DNA of 64,000 nucleotides from Utricularia gibba (Eukaryota; Plantae; Magnoliophyta): NCBI GenBank assembly GCA_002189035.1, contig NEEC01000024.1, positions 434,001 to 498,000 of the forward strand, read 5' to 3'. Shown piece by piece: positions 35,570 to 47,049 of this stretch (position 1 is its first letter; each line of letters starts with the position of its first letter). The notes under the pieces were generated by a model. It saw only the letters and a program-made list of their open reading frames with translations, ran no database searches and was not told where the DNA came from. The position numbers and the translations under genes were made by a program.

Positions 35570-37290
35570 TAAAGTCAATACTTAAGGGTTATAGACATTT
35601 TGTGGTTGAATGCTTCGGAGCACCAAATCTCCCTCAGAGAATTCTCTTGGAGACACCGACTTGTTATATCGCTTCTCCGTTCTTCTTCGATGAGCCCCTA
35701 GTCGGCTATAGACATTTTGTCGTTTTTCTTCCAACAGCTCCAACTCCAACTTTCGCAGGTCGGGATTCTCTTCTTCGTTGTAATGCTCTACTCGATAGCT
35801 TTTCAGGGTTAGTTCGATAGGGCATATGGCTTCCGAACCGTAAACCAATAAGAATGGGGATTCTTCCGTGGTGGTTCGAGGGGTGGTGCGATATGACCAC
35901 AGTACTTCATCCAAGCGATCTGCCCATGATCCTCCAAAATCTTCAAGCTTAGTTTTCATACCCAACCTGAGCGTTCGATTCGTTACCTCTGTGAGACCAT
36001 TGCTCTGTGGGTGATACACCGAGGTGAAGTTGTGCTTGACCGTATATTTATCCAGGAATGCCTCCATTTTTCCTCCAACGAATTGGGTTCCATTATCAGT
36101 CACTAGTTCTTGAGGGATCCCGAATCGGATGAAGATATTTCTCTACAGAAATCGAACAACGGTCTCCTTTGATATTTTTTCCACGGCTTCAGCCTCCACC
36201 CATTTGGAGAAATATTCGACCGCCACGATGACAAATTTCCTTTGGCCTGAGGTTTGGGGGAACGACCCCATAATATCCACTCCCCATCGATCAAATGGGC
36301 ACGAGAATGGAAGAGAAGTCAGGTTATGTATTGGCTTTCTTGGTGTACTGGCATGGTATTGGCATACTTTGCATTTCTTTACCATTTCGGTAATATCCTG
36401 CTCCACAGTTGACCAATAATACTAAAGACTGCGCTGATTGCAACGGGCGATATAGACAGATATAATCCTAAAGGCTCTCCTGCTCTCGGAGCCACAAGAA
36501 GCGGGGGTGATGAGATATATTCCTTGAGTTTTTCAAAGGCAAGCCGGCAATCCTCGTTCTATTCTAGAGTGTTTCCCTTTCGCAAGACCTTGAAGAAGGA
36601 TTCCGACTTATCGGCTGATCGAGATATGAAACGAATGAGGGCAGCCAATTTACCCGTGAGGCTTTGGTACTCCTTGATTGTCCTTGGGGGTTGCATTTCG
36701 CATATCGCCTTAATCTTCTTGGGGTTAGCCTCAATTCCCGTCTCCGATACGTAATGTCTCAGGAATTTTCTTCTTCGCACCCCGAAGCAACATTTTAGTG
36801 GGTTGAGTTTTAACCCGTATGACCGGCACAGAGAGAAGCAAGAATCCAAATATGCTAAGTGGTCTTCTTCATTCATAGATTTTACGATCATGTCGTCCAC
36901 ATATACGGCCTTTCATCTCGGCCTTCCATCTCTTTTCAGCTCTTCTTCCCTTTCTTCCAAGATTTTTCCAGCCATGTTTTCCCTATCAGTTCCTAGCTCA
37001 TATATGACTTGGTTACGCCTCTTTCTTCGCAGGATCTCCTCCTCGGTTTTGGATTCAGTCTCCGTGTCCGGGGGGTCATCCGGAATAAGAGGTTGTTTCT
37101 CCGTTCGTGGTGCAGTTTCGGGTGTTCCCTCCTGGGCGTTGGAGTTGAGGCCTGAAGGTGCCCAGAGGTCGGCTAGGATTTCCGTTAGCAGGGCTTTCAG
37201 TTGCTCCCTGCTGGTGATCATAAGGCCGAGGTTTCGCGCGTCGGCGCTTCCGTCCTGAGTCGGGTCGGTGGCTGTGCTATTTTCCGCCAT
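35570..37290 (-). pseudogene. Tat gag start, RT C-terminus and integrase (protease, most of RT and RNase H deleted)
   Basis: MAENSTATDP... (36913..37290); YVDDMIVKS..GLKLNPLKCCFGV..GIEANPKKI (RT); YWSTVEQD..CKVCQ, FDRWGVDIMGSFP, VEYFSKWVEAE, TDNGTQF, HPQSNGLTEVTNR, VLWSYRTTPR (INT). Confidence 0.92.
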
Positions 37291-37345
37291 GACCCGTGAT
37301 TAACGGGTGGTTCTTCTGGGTTTCTCGAGTGGGGCTATGGAACGT

Positions 37346-37364
37346 AGCCCCACGGTGGGTGCCA
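37346..37364 (-). other. Primer-binding site, tRNA-Lys(CUU) type (TGGCACCCACCGTGGGGCT)
   Basis: One mismatch to the complement of the plant tRNA-Lys 3' end (AGCCCCACGGUGGGCGCCA, recalled). It lies 4 nt inside the CA end at 37369. Confidence 0.8.
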
Positions 37365-37459
37365 AAAATGTTATCACCTCAAATCGGTCTTACGCCGGAT
37401 AATGATTTGTCCCATAACACAAGTCTTATCGATGACAGCTTCCCGAATGAACACCTATT

Positions 37460-38372
37460 CATTGATTTGGACCTCCAAATTCCGGATTTCTTGTTGATTT
37501 TCAGCTTGATTCTTAATTGATTGCGCCATGAATGTCTTCAAAATTTCTTCCAACGAATTTCCAGAATTCCCTCTAGCATTTCCTTGATTTGAGGCTTGAA
37601 ATGGCTGCTGGTTCTGTTGATTTTGCCTTCGAAATGGAGGCGCCTGATAAGATCTTTACTCCTGAAAATTTTGCTGCCCCATGGTTGAGCTTTCCCCTTT
37701 GTAAGAATTTTCGTTGTTGCTCCAATAAAAATTTGGATGGTCGCTCCAGCTTTGGTTGTAAGTGTTAGAATAAGGGTCATATTTCTTTCTTTGCTGGGGC
37801 TCCAAGTATCCCATAGCCTTGACATGCTCTTCTTCAAATAAATCAGGACATTTATCCGCGACATGCCCTGTCTTGTGACAGTTTCCGCACAGCATGTTCT
37901 TAGCCTGGAATAAGAACAGCTCCTTCATCATATCTAACATAGCAGCAACATTTTTCGTGAGTTCATTCTCTGAAACCCTGGGCTTGCTCTCCACTTCATA
38001 CACCCTCTTGTTTGAGGTTTGCTTCCTGATAATATGTCTTGAATGCTCAGCCAACTCCTCAAGCAAGGAAAGTGCTTTGGTTGGTGTCTTCCTTAGAAAT
38101 CCTCCCGCCGCCGAATCTACCATTGCTCGGTCAGTGCATAACAATCCATCATAGAAGTTTTTGACCAAGGCATTGGTCTGAAAACCATGATGTGGGCAGG
38201 ATCCCAAAAGAGGGTTGAATCTCTCCCAATATTCGTGCAATGATTCTCCACTCATTTGTTCAACATCACTGATTTCTTTTCTAATTTCTTCAGCCTTAGA
38301 AGCTGGAAAATACTTGCTCAAAAACACTTTCTTCATTCCAGCCCAATCGGTTATGCTTCCAGGCCTTAGTGA
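37460..38372 (-). pseudogene. Athila family B gag fragment (second part)
   Basis: WAGMKKVFLSKYFP..EIRKEISDVEQMSGESLHEYWERF..CPHHG..FYDGL..DSAAGGFL..; CGNCHKTGHVADKC zinc knuckle; YSNTYNQSWSDHPNF; IRNLEVQI. Confidence 0.88.
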
Positions 38373-38960
38373 ATCCACTTGGAGTATTGGATCTCGTTCA
38401 CATAACCAGCTTCCAAGAGCTCCCTTGTTTTTTCCTTGATAATTCGGCACTTTTCCTCTGAGAAATGCCGTTGCTTCTGCCGAACCGGTTTTTCTCCTGG
38501 GTAGGTATCAATGTGATGCTCGGCAACAGATCGATCAATGCCTACAAAGTCTACAGCAGTCCAGGCAAAGATATCAGCGTTCCTAATCAAAAGTTCAAGT
38601 AACCTCTTCTCAAATTCCGTGTCCCGATTGGCACCAATGCGGGTGGCTTTCTGCACATCTTCTGGTACTAGTCGTACCGACTTGTGCCCTACTGGTTCCA
38701 TTGCTTGTCTAGGGGGTTCTCGGGGCTCCTTTTCTACCATCATCACTCTCGGTTTTTTCATGCAAGGATCTCGACAGGAAGATAGATAAAAGGACCGGGC
38801 GGTGGTTGGTCGATACCAATCCTTTTCAAATGCACAGTGGAGGGTAACATACCGAATTTGTTGATGCCGGGTCGCCCGAGGATGATGTTGTACGAGACCT
38901 CTGAATCCAGGATTAAGAATTCTAACCTCTCGGTTCGGTTCCGCCCTACCAGAAGGAGAA
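38373..38960 (-). pseudogene. Isolated Tat protease / RT N-terminal fragment
   Basis: EFLILDSEVSYNIILGRP..STVHL; LIRNADIFAW..GIDRSVAEHHI..KPVRQKQRHF..LLEAGYVNEIQY. Confidence 0.85.
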
Positions 38961-38961
38961 T

Positions 38962-39452
38962 TTGATCAATGCAGATTTCCAGCACTACCAGAAGGAGAAA
39001 TTGAGGAGTGACAGCCTGAGCTTCATCTGGGACGATCCCTATCTCTGGAAAATTGGTTCTGACCAGATTATAAGGAGATGCATCCCCCAAGATGAAGTGC
39101 ACTCTATTCTTTCACATTGTCATGAGCTACCTTGCGGTGGACACTTTGGTGCAAAAGTTACTGCAAAGAAAGTCATGGAGGCTGGATTTTATTGGCCTAC
39201 CATATTCAAGGATGCCTACCTTCATTGCAAGGCATGCCCAAATTGTCAAAGAGGAGGAAATTTGGGATAAAAGGATCAAATGCCCCTTCAACCCATTATC
39301 ATGTGTGAGATCTTTGATGCATGGGGCATTGACTTCATGGGACCATTTCCGCCTTCTCAAGGGAAGCTCTACATACTTCTTGCTGTTGATTATGTTTCTA
39401 AATGGGTGTAAGCCATTGCTTGTGAAAAGGATGATCCCAAAACCGTGGGTAA
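38962..39452 (+). pseudogene. Athila A integrase fragment (zinc finger and start of core)
   Basis: WDDPYLW..DQIIRRC..ILSHCH..GGHFG..TAKKVMEAGFYWPTIFKDA..CKAC; [31 protein letters not shown]. Confidence 0.9.
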
Positions 39453-41120
39453 TTTCTTCCTTAGAAATCCTCCCGCCGCCAAATCTACCATTGCTCGGTC
39501 AGTGCATAACAATCCATCATAGAAGTATTTGACCAAGGCATTGGTCTGAAAACCATAGTGTGGGCAAGATCCCAAAAGATGGTTGAATCTCTCCCAAAAT
39601 TCGTGCAATGATTCTCCACTCATTTGTTCAACATCACTGATTTCGTTTCTAATTTCTTTAGCCTTGGAAGCTGGAAAATACTTGCTCAAAAACACTTTCT
39701 TCATTCCAGCCCAATCGGTTATGCTTCCAGACCTTAGTGAGTTGAACCATGTTTTAGCTCCTCCTTCCAAAGTGAACTGGAAGGCTCTCAAACAAATGGA
39801 ATCTTCAGTCATTCCTGCTCCCTTGAATGAAGTGCATACCGCTGTTGCATTGTCTAAATGCTCATGGGGGTTCTCTCCAATTTTTCCATAGAACATTGGC
39901 AAAAAATTTATCATCGCCGGCTTCAGCTCATTTGCTCCATCCTCTGGAAATCTGATGCACAGACCCCTGTAAGTATGATCAGCAGCATCCAATTCGTTCA
40001 AGGTCTTCACAGGTTCAGCCATTCTGAAATTTCTGTTAGTCTCGGGTGAGAGTTGTCTCAATCTACTCGCTTCTCTAACTCTTACCGTGTTCTTGCTGAT
40101 AGCTCTCTCAATTTCTGGAAGGAAAGTGAGATTACCTGCACCAGAAGAACGTAAATGCATCAACTAAAAACACAAAACAATTAAATGCTGCTCCCCGGCA
40201 ATGGCGCCAATTTGATAAACGGAAATTCCTAGTGTCGTTGCAAAAATAGAAAATTCGTTATCAAATAAATTTATAATCCCGAATCCTCACAAAATACAAA
40301 TTAAAATGAAAATGCACAGTGGAATTCGGGGTCGATCACAAGGAACTTGTGCTTGTCTTGTATTTCAGCAAATGCAGAATTCAAAGTGACCGTCTTAGTC
40401 CAAGCTCGGAACAACAGTCGTAAACAAGTTTGGTAAACAAGGTCAGTAAATTGTATCAGGTTTTGACGCTACGGTAACAAGTATTGTTTCTAACTCAGAA
40501 TAATACTAACGTGCCTTAAGGATCTACAGGTGGTGTGTCCCAAAATTCCTAATTTAATCTACCATGTTCCTATACTCACAACTTCAAATAACCTAAGTCT
40601 ACCCAGGTCATTCACCATATTTTCGGCTAAGTTAGTCCTCCATATCATCACCAACCTTACAATTAGGTCTACCCGCATGCAAAGCATATAGAACTAGGTC
40701 TACTCGATTCTACTGGTTCTACCCCGGACTAACACCTTCTGCTCCCATCTTGACTTGTTGGTCTACCTCTAAATCAAGCATCTAAACTGTGAAGCTACTT
40801 ATTCCCCTCCTTAGATCTACCCATGGTTTGATAGAAACAAGAGCTAAAAAACTAAGGTTAATTTTACTAAGACTCCTAGACCCACACCACCGTGCTTCAC
40901 CTTAAGGCACTCCTAGGGTTTAGCTACTCATGCTTTGAAGGTAAAATGTAATGTCATTAACATAAAATAACGAAAATGTTGAGAACATTGTGTAGAAGTT
41001 TAGTGCCGAAGCTAAGAACATAAGCAAACGAAAATAAGGCAGTAAAGTTTCTAGATTTCGTCTGCCACTGTTCACAGGCCGGAACAATGGCGCTGAACTG
41101 GGTCTTGATCTTCTTCCTTC
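39453..41120 (-). mobile_element. Athila family B 5' end in reverse: truncated LTR (40213..about 41120), PBS-Asp (40192..40209), gag start (about 40150..39453)
   Basis: Minus strand reads ...TTTATCA AAT TGGCGCCATTGCCGGGGA. gag peptides ELKPAMINFLPMFYG..ENPHEHL and AFQFTLEGGAKTWF. The LTR is homologous to 7230..8106. Confidence 0.87.
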
Positions 41121-41774
41121 AAGCTAGAGGTTCTTCTCCAGAAAAATGCCTCATGACTAAGGTAACCTCCGCTGCACTTGATGATGAGGACATCCTCAAA
41201 ATTAAGTGTGGGGGAGGAGTTTACGTTTCTTTTTATTTTCTAGTATTTTCTGGGCATTAGGACTTATGTGTTAAATTGTGTTGAATTTTTTTTTTCTGTT
41301 TTCGTGCTCCATGTTTTGATTTTCTTTTTAGTTTTTGTTTGTGAAAAATCCCCACTATGCTCCTCAAGTACATTTGCTTCCATGAATAAGGCTAGAATTT
41401 TTAAGATTGATCATGCTTATGTTCATAAATTCCTTGCTGCAAGAAAAATACTTTAATTATTTTTCTTTCTAAATATCAAGCTTTGGTTGCATGTTTTAGG
41501 AAAGATTATACCATGGCTATGACTACATTTTCATTACTTGTATATATTATGTTGTGAATAAATTTTTGTTGCTCCTATAGTGACCAGACCGAGACACACA
41601 AAAAAAAAAGAGAAAAAAATAGGGGTGCCAAAGGTAAGGATGTTTGGCTAAACCGTGGTTAACACCACACATGAGGTTTTGTAATCCAAATATTCTTCCC
41701 CAAAGCGGGGACCTCTATCAAAAAAAAAAAGGAGAAAGAAAAAGGTCTTGAGTTACTATAATGTATGTTGCAAT

Positions 41775-42415
41775 CTTGTTGCAATCTTTTTGTAAGGACT
41801 CTTAGTCAAGGTCCATGAGTAGCAGGCCACTTCTCGCGGATTTTGGTGAAGATCAAGGTGAAGAGCACCAACTCCAACCCTGATGGTTCGAGGGAAGTAG
41901 CAGATTGTTTGTGGCCTAGGTACCGCGACAGTGGACAGGTTGGGACCTCGGACCTGCCACTAGCCATTGGCAACAGCTGGGCACACGCGCACAATTCGGC
42001 TTTGAAGGCAATCGAAGGCAATCCTCTTGTCTTCCTAATCGTCCAAGGGGGAATCACATGAGGCTATTCCCGTGCCTCCTTTTCAATCAGAGTGTAAGGT
42101 AGAGTAGGCTATTACTTGCTCCTATAACCAGCTATTCGGAAGAAATCAATGAAAACCGAGGCAAGGACGGACAAAGGAAGGAGATGGAGTCTTATTCCCA
42201 GGAACTGCGTCCCGTAGTCAAGGCCCATCACTTAGGTTGCATCTTTTATTTCTACAACTTAAAAACCCCCTTTTACAAAACCGTGACATTTTGTGAAAGT
42301 TTCTTGCAAACACTTTTCACGAAAAACAACTCCCTGAGATCAATACTCGTACTATGCTTTCTAGTGTTTTACGTTTTGAAATATTTAAAATTTGTTGAGG
42401 AAACGACACGCAACA
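41775..42415 (+). repeat. 3' LTR of the Athila A element (first roughly 530 bp deleted)
   Basis: Aligns to 29535..29857. An internal PPT-like AAGTGTGGGGGAGGAG lies upstream at 41204..41219. Confidence 0.85.
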
Positions 42416-42999
42416 ATATATGTCTATAACTCGTTCTTCTTTTAGGTCATCAATAATGCACAGTAACTCGATGGGCTCCCACCCAACATATAATGGTGAG
42501 GCAAATCCTTCAAGGGGAAGGGACACTCAAGGCTTAGAGGAAAATATCATGCCTGTGGGTCAACATTGGAACCAACCCTAGAATGCACAAATAATGTAAG
42601 TACCATTGCATCAACTAGTATAACTCAAAAATGCATAATCTCTACAATGAATTTAGAAAAACTACTGGAGCGAGGACTCTTGATGATTCGATAGGTTAGA
42701 TGACCATCTCAAGGAGCTTGGGGAAGAAATATGGGATGAAAACCCTCCAAAGGGTTATGTTAGCTAAATATCTGTTTGCAAAAAAGTAATTTGGCAAATA
42801 TTCCTACTTTCATAAAATATTGGATATCTTTAGATGCTAACACTCATTTTTTTAGTATTTTTATGTTAAAATATTACGATATTTAATAGTAAAACTAGTT
42901 ATTTTAATTATAATTTTTTATTTTTTATTAATTTTAGTATTATTTGTATTTTTACCATAATCAACTTAGTCCATATCATTATTTTTAATATTTTTTTTA

Positions 43000-43860
43000 T
43001 GTGTTAACAATATTATGAAGAATCAAGTTAAGTTAATTTGAGTGCGCAAAGTTGATGGAGCAATACACAAAAAGAGGGGACATGATAAACTGATTTGGCT
43101 GCCCGTAGCTTTTAGGTTCAAGCTAGAAGAAATACGAATATTAAGAACAGAAATGTATTTTGGAAATAGATAAAAGCATAAGCGGGAGGGCGAAAATATT
43201 TTAAAAGTTAGAACGAGATTGGATCGTAGAAGAAGGATGAGGAAGGCAATTGAGGAGGAGATTTCAGCATGTAGCTCTTCCTGCAATGAACTTAGTTCTG
43301 TGCTATTGTTTTGAGCTAGGAACACTAGTTAACGGAGGATTCAAAACTGAATTTTAATTTCTTTATGCATTATGAACATTTTATGTTTATTGTTACTTTA
43401 AAAGTTGTGACTATGAATGTGCATTTAATTTCAATTTATGAAGTCATGATCTTACTTTGTACTATGCATGAGTAAATTTAGGGGATGTCTTAGGGCAAAT
43501 GAAGGTGGTTCGGACCCGAGTTTTAGTTTTGATCCTAATTTTTGCATAGTTTCTATTTGTTTTATCATGGCTCAATAGATCTAGTTCTATTTATTTAATA
43601 AATTGGTAGATTTACGAGTGAAGTGACTGGGAAATTAGAGAGTATTATAGATGAAAATATAGGAAATGACTCCGTAGACTGAAGTTATATCAAGTTGTGT
43701 AAATATAAAACAGTGGATTAAAATTTGGAGTTTGTTCACAACACCACCTGAGTTATCTTAAATCATCAAAACTCAAGTTTGTAGCATTTTCTGTATTTTT
43801 ATGTGATTTAAATTACCAATCTTGTATACTAAAGTTAGTTTAGTTTAGGATTAAGATCGA
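43000..43860 (+). mobile_element. Possible old Athila-type LTR fragment
   Basis: Composition and blocks (atgagtaaatttagggg.., aagttagtttagtttagg) resemble Athila LTRs. No ends or TSD were found. Confidence 0.3.
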
Positions 43861-45239
43861 AAGTATTTTGTTATCCTATAAAAAAAAGTAGATTGAAAGC
43901 ATATGCTTTTTATAATCCACCTCAATTCTGCTATTTATTTTATGTCATGAAATATGTGTATTTGCATTGAAATTAAAATTTTATTTAATATGAAAATTGA
44001 TTTTTCAGAATTATTAAGGAATTATCATTTATAAATATATGTATTTGGGTGTATAAAATTTTGTATTTAATATGTTCACATAAGTTTAGAATAAAGCATT
44101 TTCAAAAATAATAATGATTTTAAAATATACAAAATGGGTCATTACTGTTCAATATTTTAATTTTTTTCTAGAAACTAAATTGTATGGTATCAAACTTATT
44201 TATGGTATTTTGTATTGTGAAACTACGATTTTGATCGATTGATTTAAGTATTTCTAGATGAGTTCCAGCCTATAAATCCATGATTCCGAACCAGTGCAAT
44301 GGACTCGAAATTATAGTTTTTTATTAGAAAAACATTAAAAAAACAAAATCCCAAAGCTTTAGTATGGACATATGTTATATAAAACATGCCTTTACTATGT
44401 GCACGCGCTATATAACCAATCCCTATATTTAGAGAATGGCTAATATAACCACGTCGGCATTCATGGCTAGTTTGCTCAAAGAAGAATGAACAATTAGGAA
44501 AAAAATCATTGATAATGTAAGAACTGTTGTTATAGTAGTATTCAAAAGAACATTTCTTTGGACAAAATTGTACAAAATTATTACTGTGTCACAAATATAT
44601 GTAAAAAAAATTGTACAAAATTGTACAAAATTATACAAAATTAACTTACTATGTAAAAAAAATTGTACAAAATTATTATTTAAAACAAATATATGCATCA
44701 TGTATTTCTCTTATTTTTAATGTGTCACAAATATATGTATTTTTTTTTCTCCCCATATATTTGAAATAGTTATAAAAAAACTATGAGGTTTTTATTGTTG
44801 AAAAATATTACTTAAAAAGATTTTTTTATAGTCGTTATTTTTGTTTAATGTCTACCTCTCAAAGTTCCCCACCACAAATTCCTCAAGACAGAGTGCTTTG
44901 TAAGAAAGAAATATCATAAAAGCAAAGGTCAATCTTGTGACGTGATAGGGAAGGGGGAAAGCAAAGTTGATTGAAGTACCTTCCAATAACCGTACTGAAA
45001 TCACTTGTGAGCCTCCTCACCACAGATGGATGAATTCTGTAGAGTAGGTTAAAGATGTATGAATGATTCCTTGTCACCTTAGCTAACTTATAATAAACTG
45101 TCATGGGTTTTGTAAGAGAGGTGTAAAGTGCTAAAATAAAAAATAACCATGTGTAATAGACCTTGATTAAGAGAAGGAATATTTGGGAAAAGTATTCATT
45201 TTCTTTTTTGACTGTCATTGCCTCTTCTTTCGCTATTTT

Positions 45240-46430
45240 TGATAAGTGATTTTGTAACACTTATATTTGTGCTTTTGAGGGCTCACTTAGATGGGTTTTG
45301 CATTCTTTTTATCCTACTTTCCTTATATTTTTAAAAGAATTTTATATATTTCATACCACTTTGATCTTTTTGGAGGGAAAGTGTGTTTTGTGATTTTTCA
45401 GGAAGAATTTGAAATAATTTGGAGGTATTTCGAGTTGACCTTGATGGAGGTGAAGATTCGGTCTATCCAGACGAAGACTCGATCAAAGATTCTCGGTAAA
45501 GATAAGATTCGCATCTTATATTAGAGAATTTGGATCTTATCCTAGAAGATTTGTATAAAATCTTAAAAGATCCGGATTGAAGATTTGATGTGAGCCCATC
45601 AAGAAAGCCCGACAAGTCCCAACCATTATATAAAGATCCAAACGCGAATATCAAAGGAGTGAGTCATTGTGGACTATTAGAGAGTCAATTTAGGGCTTAC
45701 AGTCGAGTCTAGCATGTTTTGGATGTCTTCCCTGTTGTTTTTCATCAACTTTTGTTGTTTAGAGTCGAGCATGCTTGGTGAGCGCTTGCAGCTGAGGATC
45801 TACTATGAAGCCTTGTTTGCGCAAGTCATGCACACGTGACTGTCTTACTATGTTTTTCAGTATTTAATTTGAGGATTGATTCAGTTTTTCGCAGCGGTTT
45901 CTTTACCAACGTGATCTTTAGTACCGTATAGACCTAAGGGAGTGTGGGAGAATCAAAGCTTGGCCTCAAGCAACTAAGTAGAAGGGCTCAATCGAATATC
46001 GTTCGTAAGACACATTCTATCTAATCTGTCTGCGAGATGTGAGGTATAGAGGTTAGATTTGAGTGTGGGAAAAACATGGGTTATCACAAGAGGTGAAATG
46101 GCTCTGGTGACGTGGTTGATTGCATAATCCCACAAAACAAGGGATGGTGCTATAATGGTCACTGAGTAGCACTATTTTAGAATAACACCTCCAAAGCTTG
46201 CGCAAGCAAGTCAGTCTTCAAGGTTTGCACACACGCAAGGGCGAGTTTCAAGTAATGTGGATCTTAGATCCAAGGTTACTTTTCTTATTGTCTTCAAAAC
46301 TAAATCTTTCTTTTGTTTTCAGTCTTTTTAAGTCTTTGTTTTGAGAAGAAAATTCCAATAACAATTGCCTGTGGATACGATCTTATTTTATTACTTCGAT
46401 GGTTTCTTTGCAATTGCAAAATCACCATCA
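45240..46430 (+). mobile_element. Solo LTR, Athila-type family C (1191 bp)
   Basis: Starts TGATAAGTG and ends CACCATCA, with a perfect TSD ATTTT. Confidence 0.92.
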
Positions 46431-46439
46431 ATTTTTTTT

Positions 46440-47030
46440 CCAAATAACACACTATTTACTTATTAACATAGTGTATACACATTTTTGTACTAATAATGTT
46501 GAAAATCTAGATGATACTAATACACCGTTAAATTTTTCATATAATTGCTTGGGTGCTTGTTCTGTTAATCCTATAGGTGCACATCCCTTGGGTTGAACTA
46601 TATAGTTTTATTCTTTTAATTCACCATTTAAAAATGATATATTTATATTGACTTGGTGCTTCCTAAGTTGTTAATAGACGCACTGCTATTAGTGCATGAA
46701 CATAGGAAAATCAAATCACAAGATCAAATATGACATTGAGCTTTTGTTAGAAGCTCTTCACAATCAATTTGGCTTTGCTTACAGTGTAAATGTACTATTT
46801 GGATATAATTTCTTCTTAAATATCTACTTACATCCAATTGATTTTGCTCCTTTTGGTAGAGCTATCATCTCCCATATTTTGATTCTTTTATAAAGAATCA
46901 ATCACAATTTTAATAGCCTCTTTGCACAAATTTGAGTACGGAGAAAAATCACTTCAATAAAGGTTTAAGGTTCTGTATGTACAAGATATACTTTGAAGAT
47001 GTCACAAATGATAGTTTCAATTCTTTGCCT
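46440..47030 (-). pseudogene. Highly decayed Ty1/copia RT remnant
   Basis: Minus-strand peptides IWEMIALPKGAKSIGCK*IFKKKL, SFLNGELKE*..VQPKGC and EQAPKQLY match the copia RT motifs W.LV.LP.G.KPIGCKW.FKKK, AFLNG.L.EE.YM.QP.G and KQAP.QWY. Confidence 0.65.
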
Positions 47031-47049
47031 TAAACTTCTTCTCAGGTTT

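Larger units (their letters stand above)
32511..37419 (-). mobile_element. Tat-clade retrotransposon (4.9 kb, internally deleted) inserted at the Athila RH/INT junction
   Basis: Perfect TSD CAAGT (32506..32510 / 37420..37424). The host frame rejoins as [14 protein letters not shown]|LIDDSFPNEHLF. A tRNA-Lys PBS, RT and INT lie on the minus strand. Confidence 0.92.
29004..42415 (+). mobile_element. Athila-type Ty3/gypsy element (family A), 13.4-kb composite with nested and rearranged interior
   Basis: Starts TGTTAAG (same start as the PPT-preceded LTR at 48640) and ends CGCAACA. Perfect TSD ATATA (28999..29003 / 42416..42420). PBS follows the 5' LTR. gag/PR/RT/RH/INT remnants are present. Confidence 0.88.

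Noticed and set aside
44560-44700. Short ttgtacaaaa repeats, considered as a CRISPR-like or MITE subterminal array
   Set aside because: The context is eukaryotic, spacing is irregular with no unique spacers, and no TIR/TSD was found.
44883-45239. 125-aa minus-strand ORF with an AG..GT-bounded 57-nt exon-like piece
   Set aside because: No recognisable protein family and no partner exons.
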